From: Rhina ancylostomus
Lineage: Eukaryota
Assembly: GCA_030265395.1 (NCBI GenBank)
Contig: JARFYF010000060.1
Coordinates: forward strand, 11,856,673 to 11,920,672
DNA: 64,000 nt
Reading direction: 5' to 3'
Positions 39,406-52,409 of the stretch are shown here, piece by piece. The notes below the pieces were generated by a model. That model worked only from the letters and a program-made list of their open reading frames with translations, searched no databases and had not been told where the DNA came from. The translations under genes and the position numbers were made by a program. Each line of letters opens with the position of its first letter. Positions within the stretch are counted from its first letter, which is position 1.

Positions 39406-41577
39406 AAATCCAAACAAGGATCTTCAGAGTGCCCATTGATAATAACAATTGATGTTTACAAAGATGAAAACTGGTCCTAGCTAATTGATAAATATCCTTT
39501 GCAGTTGAACATTATGAAGTTAGTCGGGGTATAAAAAGAAATGTAAAACTATGAATCAAAATTACATTTAGTACCTATGTAAGTAGAACAAACTGTGTAT
39601 AAAAGTGTCAATGCTTCAGATCAATAAATAATGGGGCAGTGATATTTCTTGTGCGGTTTCATATTATTTGGTCAGCAGATGACGACTAGTTTTTTTTAAT
39701 AATCTGATGTCACATGTATTGCACTCACTTTGTGATTATATTAAATCTAACCATGTTTCTTCACTTCTGAGTGGTTGTGAGGCCACCAGGTGGAAGTATC
39801 AGATCTAATACCTGTGTACTTTTGATATTTGGATTATTCACTGAGAAGTGCTGGCTTAAGGATTGGCAGAATTGAAAGCAACAATATTAAATGTAAAATA
39901 GATTTAATCTGGTCATGTAGCTTGGGTTTTTTCCTTAATAACAAATAATAACATTTTAAAAATAATTACAGTAAAATAATCATAGGGAAGGAACACTGTT
40001 ATGGAACACATTATGTTTTCTAACCTACATTTTCACTAAAGTCCACATGGGCTTGGAGCAAGTTTAAGACCACTTATTTTCCTTTAAAATATAATTATAT
40101 TGTAACAATGAAGTTTGCTGTATAGTAGGTTCTGTCATCAGANNNNNNNNNNNNNNNNNNNNNNNNNNNNNNNNNNNNNNNNNNNNNNNNNNNNNNNNNN
40201 NNNNNNNNNNNNNNNNNNNNNNNNNNNNNNNNNNNNNNNNNNNNNNNNNNNNNNNNNNNNNNNNNNNNNNNNNNNNNNNNNNNNNNNNNNNNNNNNNNNN
40301 NNNNNNNNNNNNNNNNNNNNNNNNNNNNNNNNNNNNNNNNNNNNNNNNNNNNNNNNAGATCATATGCAGTAGAAGGAAGCCATTCAGCCCTTTGTGCCTG
40401 GTCATGTTTTTAAAACGAGTTAACTAATCAGACCCTCTCCCCTGCTCTTCGCCCATCGCCTAGAAATTATTCATTTTAATTAATTAGTCATTGCTTATAC
40501 ATACTGTATGAGGAGGTGACCCAAAAATGTGGTATGCCTATTTCAGACTACTGATTACAAGGAGCATTAGAAGTAAATGTGCGATATCTTTGATAGTTCT
40601 TCTGCAGAAGTTGGTGAAAATTTACTTTGAGACAGGAGATAATATTTGGCCATGGTATTCTATGGCTTTGAGTTGTAGATAGCACACTACAAACTTTGTT
40701 GTTAGTAGATTAAAATGAGCTTGGTCATCAAAATAAATCTTACACCATAATTATAAGCACATTAGAAGACAGATGAATTTCAGAATACATAATTTCATTC
40801 ATAAATAGTTGGACCAACTCTCCTTATTCAGAATTTCTAAATATTTCTGAATTGTTTGAATGGCTACAGATTTTCGACTGAGATCATACGTGTAAGCTGC
40901 ACTCTCTTTGTGCTGATATTAGACCTAACCATATTTCTTCACTCCTGGCTGTTCGCAAAGCCACCTGGTGAAACTATCAGCTCTTAGAATTTTCCACTCA
41001 GATAATATCTGGGCTAGTGCTGCAGAGTGGTGTCTGAGAGAGTGGCAGGGTTGAAAACAACAGTAAATATTGGTTCCCAAGCTAATTTTTTACTCACAAG
41101 GAGCTACTAGCTCCAAGTTTGCAAACATCAGTTTGATCCTGGTAAGAACAAAATGAAGAATGACTAAACTGTTAACTCCCTCCAAAATTAGTGTTTGATA
41201 AATTTGAATGGCCTTTAATCTGATTCAACTAGTATTCAGATATTCAGATATTTCAAATATGTTTGAAAAACCAAGAACTGCACTGGAAAATATTTTTAGA
41301 AATAATTTAAAAATGGTTTCTCCTTCACCATCTTTGTGCAGACTGCATAGAGACTCCATCATTTGTTTCTCAACAATGGAATGATTGCTGTGTGACGTAA
41401 CTAATGCAATTGTGATATTAAAAAAATATAGAGTGCTATTAATGTGACACTATAAGACCTTTTGGTATGATCNNNNNNNNNNNNNNNNNNNNNNNNNNNN
41501 NNNNNNNNNNNNNNNNNNNNNNNNNNNNNNNNNNNNNNNNNNNNNNNNNNNNNNNNNNNNNNNNNNNNNNNNNNNNN

Positions 41578-41731
41578 CCTGCATCATCTCAAGCATTGTA
41601 TTTTCAGATGGGTCCAGTTGTACACATTGACCAAGTTTTGTTAACTTATCCTGACCCAGCGTATTGTTGGCCACCTTGGAATTAGCTGGAATTGGTTTTG
41701 GTTTATGAATGCTTTTAGCATATTCTATCGC
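41578..41731 (-). CDS. jhy: jhy terminal coding exon (3' end hidden in N gap)
   Basis: accctag| AIEYAKSIHKPKP...ENTMLEMMQ matches JHY ALEYAKTIPKPKP...LLEILQ. The reading frame runs into the gap at 41473-41577. Confidence 0.9.
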
Positions 41732-44404
41732 CTAGGGTTGTGTAAAGAAAAACAGGAAATAGTTCATTTTAATGTTCAGTATGACTCATTGTACTCTGCT
41801 AACACAGTCTGTAAGTTCAACCATATAACATTTTTATCAGCATTGTGAAACTGAAAATAGATTTTTCTAGGATGAAACACAATAATGACCATCTTAACGT
41901 TATCTTGCATCATTCAGAAAGTATAGCTGAGTTCTTCATCATCAGTCACTCTTGCACCCTCATTGAGATTTCCATATCAGCATATGATGGTGTCATTGAC
42001 CGTGCAGCACTCCTTTTGGAACAACACATGGAAGTATGGCCAATTTACCCTCTGGACACCCATCACTGGACACTCCTGAAACAAAATGTTCTTAAAACTG
42101 CAACACTGAACCAGAGGCATCCTCCACATTATCCCCATAATGCCCCTACTCCCATCCTACTGAGACTATAACTCCCCCAACACTCCTGATTTCTGGGCAG
42201 CTCCTTGAAACATTGAACTTGGAATTCCTGCTCCCAACCCTTTAATATCTCCAGATCCTGTGAACATCACTCTCCTCACCTTTGCTGCTGGTGTCAACAA
42301 CTGCCTTCCAAACAATCCGATGGCTGCTGTTGGACTCTGCATCCCACCTCCTCTGCCCATCCCACCAACCCAACCTTGGGCCATCTGCTGGCCTCTGATT
42401 TCCTCCCATTATAACAATCAATCAACTTATAACTTCCTTCTCTTAATCTCCCACTCCCAATTGCTGAGCTCTGATGCTCCCCTTTTAGAGGAGCAATTGG
42501 GTCTGCAGGCTGACCTCCCAATCCGAGCCTTGGGATAGAAAGAGTAAGAGGCATCCCTTAGCCATAGCTGAAACATTATCCAATCTTCCATTCTTAGAAC
42601 ACCCTAATGGCTGTGTTATAATCTCTAGGCCATTGCTTGTGAAACTGGGCTAAAGTAAGTTATCATATAGAGTTATAATCAAGTCTCAAAGGTGGTTCTT
42701 TTGTGTAACGATTGATTTCTAAGGCCCAGCAAGGGTAATAAAGGAAATATGTTGTTAGATCCATGGAAACATCCCTCAGGTTCACAAAGACATCAACTGA
42801 CACTGATGACAGAAACCATGGAGAAGTCTCCTCATAAAGTGTGTAGGTAAGTGGCTTAGTAATATTGCCCTTATGATATCCGTATCAAAATGCTTGTAGT
42901 ATACTCTCCAGCCACAGCAGCTGCAGAAAATGATTCATTTGGAGATGTATTTTCCTATTTTTTATAAGAAGCTATCTTTATTTGGAGTGTAAATTAAGAT
43001 TGTACTGGATTTACTCCACAAGAATATTTTATTATGCAGATTGAAGTGCAATATAAGTTTACAGCAAAAAGCTGAAAGATACATGAGAAAGATTGTAGAG
43101 CCACTGGAATCACAATACCTCTTAGGTGTTAGAAAAAAATATTGTATGTGTGTGTGTGGAAGGGGAATCAAATTCAATAGTAACTTTCAAATAGGAATTG
43201 GATAAATACTAGAAAAGAAAATTGCACATATCTACATGTTGGCTTTAGAAAAGTATAAGAAATACACAAGGCATTATATGCCAAAGTAACTGACCTAATA
43301 AATAATTTAACAAGTGGACATAGAGCTATCAAAATCAAGATAACACTTTTATGATTCCAGGTTATATTTATCCCTTTCCATATTTAATAGGCTGAAAATC
43401 CAGACATTTATAATATTTTGTAAATACTATGGCCAATAATTATTTTGTGTCTGTGTGGTATGCAGTAGTGTGATATATGTTTTCTGTGAGAGTCCACTGC
43501 TATGGTTCTACTTCACACAATGCCCAAGGAGTCAAGTAAGTTATCACTTAAAATATATAACATAATTTAATATATATTGGTTAAAGAATGTGAAGGTTAC
43601 TGTGATGGAAAAAGACCTGGGCATGGGGTTAGGCATCAGATGGAGTAGATAGGGAGCTTGAGACTTGGAGTGAAATATCAAGGCAGGGATCATGATTGAC
43701 TGCTGAGGGTGAGTCGGGGTTTTAACCGGGGATATGAGTGGAGAGTTTGAGAGTGGGATTGGGGTTGGGGTTATGATCACACTGGGGGGCGGGGTGAATG
43801 GGGCAGAATGGGTAGGGGGACCAAAAAAGACTCACAATGTGAGATGAATTTTAATTTGAAGGGCATCTACCTGCAGCTGGTTCCCAGTATTGGATTGCAT
43901 GGACTGAGCCCAGTTTAGAAATTTCCCCTGTATGTGTACTAAAGAAGGACTCACAATTGCAGGGAAATCCTACTTGGAACGAATGGCTGTTTCTGTTTGA
44001 GTGGCCCACAAAATGAATGTGTGAGTAAATGTTGTGAAAGTAGGTCCCACTATGCATTTGTGCATTATATGCATGGAGAACTCGGAAGAGACATGGCAAA
44101 CTTCAGAACAGGTGCTGTAAATAGCCACCATCTCCAGTGTTTGGTTTTCTGATAAAATTGATCAGTGCTATTCTATGCATTACAATTGCTAGGCTTTTCA
44201 AAGTAAGAAAATGCATTGGGTTCAATAGCTCAGTGTGACAGTATTTTACATCCACCTGAATATATATCCAATAATGTTTCAAATGTTCATCTGAAATCCT
44301 TCTTCCTGCTGGTTCATTGTAAAATATTCCTTTAATTACTCATCATTACCTAAACTTGCTGATGATGGAAATACAACATGAATTAAAGTTAATTTTAAAC
44401 ACAC

Positions 44405-44545
44405 CAGTTTCCGGCTTGAAGTAACATTTTTGTTTTCAGTGCTTGCTGACTGTTTCTGTGGGGAGTGTGTTGATTTGCATCCATCTTTCAGATTCTGTTC
44501 TTTAATTTGCTTTGCATATTCTTTTTGTCGTTTCATTTTCTCTGC
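44405..44545 (-). CDS. jhy: jhy penultimate exon
   Basis: attaag| AEKMKRQKEYAKQIKEQN...SSRKL |GTGTGT, matching JHY QKEYAKQVKEYN. 141 nt, phase 0/0. Confidence 0.9.
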
Positions 44546-45252
44546 CTTAATAGATAAATGCACAAATAAATATCGGAAAGGAAAACAAACATTGCCTTGA
44601 TTTTAAGTAAAGAAAGAAAACTCCAGGAATGAGTTTGACATTTCCATTTTCAACCACAGACAGTCCCATGATGTTGGATCTTTTGTACCAAGTTTTCTGG
44701 ACTACCAGGTATAAAATACTATGCAGTGAATTTTGTCCGTAATCACAGTTTGCAAGATCAGATTCTGGTCAGAAGTTGCAGGAATCGACAATTGGCCACC
44801 GAGTGAGGGCAGAAATTTGCACATTGATTTGGTCGTGGGGATGGTTGCCAGCACAATGGAGAGGCTTGTTGAGAGTAATACCATCAAGTGGAGTGAAGGG
44901 GAATTCAGGGTGGGAATGGATGCTGATAGAAGTGGGCAAAGATTTTCTTGTGGGACCAAGAGGAATACTCACAGATCAAAAAGCAACTTAAAAATATGCT
45001 GGGGTCTAGCTGCAGTTTCTGGTTGGTCTGAACAGGTAGGACAACCATCACCGCTTTCCTGCTCAACACAAAGTTATACTGGTAGTTGGAGCCCAATCAA
45101 ATCCACTGACCTCCAAATGTAATGAGTACCTTATCAATGTGGCATATTCTGGAGTTTTCCAGATTGAGATAGGATACACGTGGTTTAACTCCTGGCTCCA
45201 TTTTAACAAGCCCCCTCCTATAATGAGATATAGAAGATCTGAAAACACTTGC

Positions 45253-45339
45253 CTTCTCCTGAATAGATTTATAGTCAGGTCCCAAACCTCCAAGTTTCAC
45301 ATCCTGTTTTAGATCCTTGTGGTCTCTCATTGTATAAGG
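45253..45339 (-). CDS. jhy: jhy exon with DVKLGGLGPD signature
   Basis: tctcttctgcag| PYTMRDHKDLKQDVKLGGLGPDYKSIQEK, containing the JHY family hallmark DVKLGGLGPD. 87 nt, phase 0/0; ends at AAG|GCAAGT (GC donor). Confidence 0.92.
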
Positions 45340-48054
45340 CTGCAGAAGAGACAAATGGGATGAAAATTAACATATTTCAACCTATAGTGTTGAAGACACC
45401 CAGTCCAAAGAGTAAACTGTTGGCTAGGGAAAGTCAGAAACTTCATCAAAGGGATTGTGAAGACTTTTATTGAGAGTTGGGTATTTGGGAGTTTATAGGA
45501 GTAGAGTGATAGGAAGGTGTATTGTTTAGGGAACCAGGTTTAGTAATCAATGAATGAAAACAGAAAGTGCTTGAAACACTCAGTTGGAATCGGAAATAAA
45601 AATTTATGATAAACTTCTACTCTTGAAGTTCTTTGAAATTACAAACCTCTGTTACTACTCAATTCTAATGTGAAATATGGCATTGTAATGCAAGTAGCTA
45701 GAGGGAGAAATCATGCCTCCAAACTTATTGCCAGCTGGGGCATAGCTATCTCAAACTGCTTACTAATTAAGCTGGACACAGCTTGAAAGGATTAGCTTAA
45801 CCCATCTGTGGCTTTTGACTAGCAAAAAATGATAGAGCATCGATGCCTTGATGATTCATTTCTGTTTATTGATCAGTTTACGACAAGCATGAATTTCATT
45901 CATACAGTACCTATAGTGAGGAAAACACCCCAATCCATAGAGTGAAAAACATTAGGTTAGGAAAAGAATCAGAGTTATTTCTCTCTCTGGAGATGGTGCC
46001 TGACTTGCTTAGTACTTCTGGCTTTCAGATTTCCAATATCTACAGTTGATTTACTTTACATTTAGTGATCAAGAACATGGGAAGGATGTAAAGCTGGAGG
46101 AAGTCAGAAAGAATTCTGATGTGGGATAAAGCTGTGCAAGGAGCTGAAGACAAAGGTGTCAATTTTAAATTAAAGGTTTACCTGAAATTTTATTTGTAAA
46201 TAGGCAAAAAGTTAACTAGATTTGTGAACAGTTTGTTTAAAATTATGAAGACAAAGATCTGCTAATGACACAGAAGTTATTAAAGTAAATCCTTTATTTT
46301 ACAAGTTGCTCTGAGGCACAACATGTAACTTTAAAAACCTATTCAGTTGCACTAGAATCAGGGAAATAATTTGTCATGTTACAGGACTCATACATAATCC
46401 ATGTCTAGGAATAGTTGAAGATTGTACTGATGGTCTCATAAAGCATTAAGAAAACTATAAGAAATTGAAAAAGGGTTTAAACCTTAAATGTTTAGAACCA
46501 ATCTATAAATTTACTCAGAAAAGTGGTGTTTTCAGCAATCATTCGTGTATATAACTACTTAGATGATTAAATAACAATTCATGATAAAGGAATTACTAAT
46601 TGTACCTGCAAGGGAAAAAGCATAAGAGTCAAGTGCTTTGTTAGCAAGATATCACAGTTTCTTCTTTTAAATTCTTGCAGTTTGGGAGCTGATAATATCA
46701 ACTAATCATTTTCAAAATTAAATTTGAGAAAAGTAATGTTTATTTTTCATTGGAAATGTTTTTAATATAAAGCTTCAAGGTTATGAAAAAATTTGAGGAA
46801 GTTCACACAGATAAAATGTGAAAATTTCAAATGCAGAAGTTAAAAATCAACAGAAATCATGGTGACCTTTTTTAGTTAATGAAGAGCACAAGAGGAACAA
46901 TTTGCCAAAGAAGCCACTTGGAAAAAGGCAATATAAATGGGTAAAGACAAAAATAAATGCACATCTGAAGAGTGATAAGATTGAAGGTCACAGCCAAAAA
47001 AAAACTGGGTTTTTGGCTGTGTCAAACAAGGAAATTTTAAACGTCAGCTTGGTGGAAATGTAATGTCATATTTGTTTCTGGTAATACATACTGAGCTAGC
47101 GGAGGAGATTACTGTACAAACTTCAGCTTCTGATACAACAGACATCAGAACAAAGGTCAGTTCTATGAAACTTCTACCCATACTTGCATTGCACCATTTG
47201 ATAACAAGATTACAACATTTTATTGAGTAAAGAAATACCTAAGGGGCATAGGACTGGCAGAATTAGTAAACACAAAGAGAAACAATTATTACAGCACAGG
47301 GGGAATGAATGAATCAGACAGATCTATGCTTTGGTCAGTGCTTAATCCTTAAAGCCAGTCTACAGGGCAGGCAGCCGACAATAACCAGATCAAAAATGAA
47401 AGACATATTACTCCAGTTTACCAAGTCTGTTTCTGGGCTTTATGCTAACTGCCTGTTTGGTCATGGTTCTGATAATCACTTTAACTGTTTGTTGCTTTGG
47501 CTGCTTCACTGGTACATTTCAATCGTCCATCAACATTATGAATGTTCTCTCCAGTAAGAAAGTGAAGAGGTAACATTGAACACTTAATTAGAATCCAAGA
47601 CTTAAAAGGTATAGACCCACAGTTAGCATCAGTTGATTAGATTAGTGAGCTGTAATATTCACATGTCACTTCAACTATGAAACAATTCTTTTAGTTTACT
47701 TTATCATAATCAATAAATTGACAAGATGTAAGTGCTCCCTATATACTTGATTAAATAAAAGATAAAATAACACACCAAATGAACTTATTTGTCACTGTGA
47801 ATCAGTTTCAAGCCTCTTGTTGAATNNNNNNNNNNNNNNNNNNNNNNNNNNNNNNNNNNNNNNNNNNNNNNNNNNNNNNNNNNNNNNNNNNNNNNNNNNN
47901 NNNNNNNNNNNNNNNNNNNNNNNNNNNNNNNNNNNNNNNNNNNNNNNNNNNNNNNNNNNNNNNNNNNNNNNNNNNNNNNNNNNNNNNNNNNNNNNNNNNN
48001 NNNNNNNNNCTAATATTCTATTGTTACGGATTAAATTCCCAACCATTCACAGGA

Positions 48055-48400
48055 TGGGTCAAGACACAGACAACTAGACTCAAGAACAGCTTACTCCGCC
48101 CTGCTATCAGACTTCTGAACCAATCATTTCTTTCACATCCCCTTCCCGGTGGTGCTGCCACGTTCTCGGACTCTTAGCTCTACTTCTCTTGGTTCTTCTG
48201 TTATTGCCATTTTGCCAATTCTTTTGCACGACTTCAGGTTGTACTTGTATCTTTGCACCATTCTGTTTTTTTGCACTTGTTGCTATATTGATTGTTGTAT
48301 TTATTATTACTGTGTATACTGTTTAGTCTGAGAGCTTCATATAAGCAGGGAATTTCATTGCACCCTGGTGTATATGACAATAAACTAATCTGAATCTGAA
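48055..48400 (+). mobile_element. Rex1-type LINE 3' end
   Basis: TRLKNS...AIRLLN ORF end, then a UTR ending gacaataaactaatctgaatctgaa. Confidence 0.7.
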
Positions 48401-49719
48401 AATCATGCACTTACCCTCCCACATCTGTAATCTCCAAAACAACATGCAATGACTTTTCAAGATTTGGAGTCAGTATAAAAATATAAACCTTGATACCTGT
48501 GCTGCTAAAAATGAATTTACAATTTCAAGCAATATAATAAAATCACTATACTAATTCCCTAAAAAGACTTAAAAAGTTCTCACCTACAGAAATTCGACGC
48601 TGTTACAGTAAACCTCGTCAACCATCTTTTTATATTGTGATAACACATACTTATTTAAAATTTCAGTGTTTTGAATGAAAAGCTAGAATGGGAATTTTGA
48701 GATATAAACACAAAGCATAGTGAATTTGATTTGATCTATGATTTTCTAAAAAAATAATCATTCTACCAAGGTTTCAAGTTAACATTGAGCTACTAAAATG
48801 CTGATACAGATAAAGACTTTAACACAAATTCCACGCCAGTCAATACAAATTTTTTTTCAACCAAGCTACAAATCACAAGCACTGCAGTTTAGGGAGTGAT
48901 AATCTATTGGTATAGTGTTCGGTCATATAAGTGCTAAGTGTTCAATGTTACCTCTTCACTTACTGCTGGTACTTAACTGGATTTCCCTCAGTTCTCATTT
49001 GAAATGCTGAACAGGTTTAAGTTGTTGATAGTTCATTGTGCTATTAGGTGTATTTCTTTATGTTAAAGCATTTACACTTTCTGAATGACTTTCTGAACTC
49101 TTAAGGGGAGACCAGGAAATCTTAAGTAGAACAGTCTTTTCAAAATGGCAAACTTCTAGCATTTCTAATCTAGCTAGAAGGAGGGAGCTAATAGGGAAAG
49201 GTGAATATCTGGAACACACGTGGGAGCAAAATCAGCTGGAAAGAAGTAATCTCACGGGAATCCTTACCGTCCCAAGAGAGTTTATAAGCTCAGGATAACA
49301 TAGCTAGATTTCTCTGAGCAGAAATACATAAGGAACTCCACAACACCCTCACTTCCAGCCTTGACATATTCAATCCATGGTCATGCCACTGTTGCTTCCA
49401 GACAAAAATCAATGCTGTCCTAATCTTTGACTCCAGCTTCTTTCTGGATCCAAAAGAGCCTATAAGTGATATCAGTCAGTCTACAATTCACAACTGCACT
49501 GCCTTGCTCTTTTAAAGCAAACACTTACATTATAGTTCCTCATGGATAACTGAATGAAGCATGCTGAGGTCTGGGGTATGCACATTCTGCTGGATTTATT
49601 GGACGTTGTTGATAATTTCAATAATAATAATTAAACTCTTCCACGGATGAAAAAATTCTCATGAAGGTCTCATAATTATTACTTAAAATATATACAAATT
49701 TGGTCATTTCTATTTTTAC

Positions 49720-49987
49720 CTTGAAGTGTTTTATTCCCTTGAGCTTATTAACTTTCTCCATTTGTGCCAAGTAGCCATCTGAGTTACAGCGTATCATCGA
49801 TGGTGGTATTTTCTTGTTTGGTCTAGTGTCCAGTTCAGAGTCACTCTCTGCCACGGGATTAATGGAAGGCAACACCAGGCGGGAGTCAGGGTGTGTGTGA
49901 GCCAGACGTGGTGTATCTTTATAAATGTGCTCCATTGCTGAATGAGTCGCGTGCTTGGAGACTGAACCAAATACTGCTGATGCGAAG
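49720..49987 (-). CDS. jhy: jhy internal exon with conserved LPxI...ESDSEL...RxNSxGYL motif
   Basis: VLPSINPVAESDSELD...MIRCNSDGYLAQMEK resembles recalled human JHY LPPILSRVESETQL...ISRSNSEGYLFQLEK. Phase-2 acceptor ttcctgttctag|C at 49987 fits the upstream exon; an alternative phase-0 acceptor lies at 50010. Donor AAG|GTAAAA. Confidence 0.88.
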
Positions 49988-50142
49988 CTAGAACAGGAAT
50001 TGTTGGGAACCTTGGGGAAAACAGAAAGGAAATTCAACTACTTACATTCATCCGAATGTTACTAGCCTGCATTATTATTATACAAATAGGAATTCTTTTG
50101 GTGAAGATTCTAATCATTCATAGTAGACCTGTGGATGTAGAT

Positions 50143-50466
50143 GAGAAACACTATGATGCTGGAGGAACTCAGCAGGCCAGGCAGCATCTGTGGAGAAAAG
50201 CAGGCGGTCAACATTTTGGGTCNNNNNNNNNNNNNNNNNNNNNNNNNNNNNNNNNNNNNNNNNNNNNNNNNNNNNNNNNNNNNNNNNNNNNNNNNNNNNN
50301 NNNNNNNNNNNNNNNNNNNNNNAACTCAGCAGGCCAGGCAGCATCTGTGGAGAAAAGCAGGCGGTCAACATTTTGGGTCAGGACCCTTCTTCAGGACTGC
50401 TGAGTCCCTCCAGCATCAAGGTGTTTTTCATCTAGATTCCAGCATCTGCAGTCCTTTGTTTCTCTA
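50143..50466. mobile_element. Penelope-derived inverted-repeat element (with gap-flanking duplicate)
   Basis: Inverted arms gatgctggaggaactcagcag / ctgctgagtccctccagcatc and tail agattccagcatctgcagtcc. 50166-50222 is repeated identically after the 100-N gap. Confidence 0.7.
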
Positions 50467-50509
50467 GGCCTGTGGATGTAGTTCTCATTCCATTCATGGT
50501 ATGGAACAG

Positions 50510-50875
50510 AAGAACACAAGAAAATAGGAGTATGAGTAGGCCACCTAGCCCCTCAAACCTACCCCAGCATTCAGTAGGATCATGGTCATTTACCCCAAGC
50601 CTCAACACCTGTTCTGTGACAGTTCCCTACTTACATCAATTACCCAATCTTTCAAAAAATTATCTACCTCTATTTTAAATACCTCCAATGATCTATTCTC
50701 CACAACCCTCCAGGGTAGAGAATTCCAGAGATTCATCACCTTCTGTGAGAAGAAATGTCTATGCATCTAGATTTTAAATGATTGCTTGCTCTATCTTGTA
50801 ACTATGTCTCCTCACTCATGACTCTCCCATTAGTGGGAACATCTCAACATCTATCCTGTCATGTCCCCTTTGGAT
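50510..50875 (-). mobile_element. CR1 LINE 3' end
   Basis: gaacacaagaaaataggagtatgagtaggccacc...gggtagagaattccagagattcatcaccttctgtgagaagaaat. Confidence 0.75.
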
Positions 50876-51217
50876 CTGACAATATTAAATGTGGTAAATT
50901 GATTACTTGAAGCCAAACATTTTTAATTTTCAGAACATCCATCTCAACCTATCTATATCTTGTTGAAGAGTCACAATAGCTTCGTTGCAATATACCATTT
51001 CACCTGCATCAGGTATATTATAGGAATTATTTAGCTCCTGAGGCATAAAGGAAATCGTTGGATTACAGGAGACGGTTAGGTAGCTTGTCAAATTTCTCCT
51101 CCATTGTGGCCAAAATGACAACAAATGTTTCAGTAAAGGGGGATTCACATCGTAAATTACTTACAAGTAACAGATTGTTCCACTAATTTATCAAAGTATC
51201 TCATTTAACCTCATTAC

Positions 51218-51353
51218 TCATGGTTTTCACTTTGATTCTGAAAGCTAGAGATGAATTTCTCAATCAACTTCACTTGTGGGTCCATCAATGAGTAGCTACT
51301 ATGACAGGACATAACAACATCCTTTTCAGTCCTGGTTGCTGAATAGGAACCAT
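51218..51353 (-). CDS. jhy: candidate jhy cassette exon B (136 nt, phase 1/2)
   Basis: ttttcatctgccag|AT GGT TCC ... AAC CAT GA|GTAATG is open (DGSYSATRTEKDVVMSCH...NQSENH). Phases bridge exon A and the 49987 acceptor; no homology support. Confidence 0.35.
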
Positions 51354-52409
51354 CTGGCAGATGAAAACTGAGTGCCAGCAAGTTAAAGCAATAGTTAAGT
51401 ACACTCAAACTTGCTCAAGGGGCTTGCAATGTACATTAAAAAACAAAACAATTCTTTCATCTGATTTTTGTTATGTTTCTTCAAAATATTATAGTAACCA
51501 TTCTACTATATAATTGGAAAACTGGGATCATTAAAATGTTAGTTATAATAAAAAATGAGTAAGAAAAACATGATTAACTTAACCTATGTAGGTCATTTAA
51601 AAATTAATGGAATTTAAATGCATCATTAATGTCTTTATAAGTTTAATCTAGCATCTTTGCTTAAAAAGCAGACATGTAATTTTGTGATAACCAAAGTAGT
51701 CAACTATCTGGCAATAAGTAGAGAGACAAACTCTCTGCATCAAATAAGTTAAAAAAGCATATTAGTACTTTTTGTTTCTTCATTTTGCAAGGACTTCTCT
51801 TTTAACTAAGAAAAGCCAATTCACACAAGCCATTGTCATTGCTACAATGCAGAAATTAGTAATAAATCTCCATTGCTGACCAATGGCTCAGTGGTTTTTG
51901 GTGGATAAATCACAGAGCAGTCTTCTTCAATGGCATCAATCACTGACTGATCTGTGCAATGGCCTGCAGCAGATAGCACTTGTAACTGCCTGCCTTACAT
52001 ATCAATCACCCAAATGAGATGTAGTTGGAAATATGAAGAGCTGCACATTGATTATCAACATATATGCTTTGATGACAATTTCTATGAGGAATTGGGGGAA
52101 CCAGAAGGCAGGAAATAAATTCATTGCTATCTCAAAACAACCAGCTAGTGCTTGGAGAACAGTGAAATTATTGATAGTGAAACCAAGATTCTTTTTGTAA
52201 ATCTGAAGTACTGTTGACTGCCAGGAGAAATGGACTAAACAAACTTGATATTTTCAGCGACTAAGGTTCTGCAATTGTCAAATAGGAGAAAAATCGCATG
52301 ATTTTTTTTCCACGTTCTTTGTTGTCCAGCTGATTCACCAGTAACATGTTGCCATGGTTGCATGGTTATACAGTAAATCTCTCCTTACCTGTCCTGTCAC
52401 CGAATAACA

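Noticed and set aside
41845-45122. Overlapping 70-130 aa ORFs at 41845-42554 and 44702-45122
   Set aside because: They lie inside jhy introns with no domain motifs; most likely very decayed retroelement or chance ORFs.
50996-51037. Possible small jhy exon after tttcctttatgcctcag
   Set aside because: Open only if entered in phase 0, which does not fit the neighbouring strong donors.
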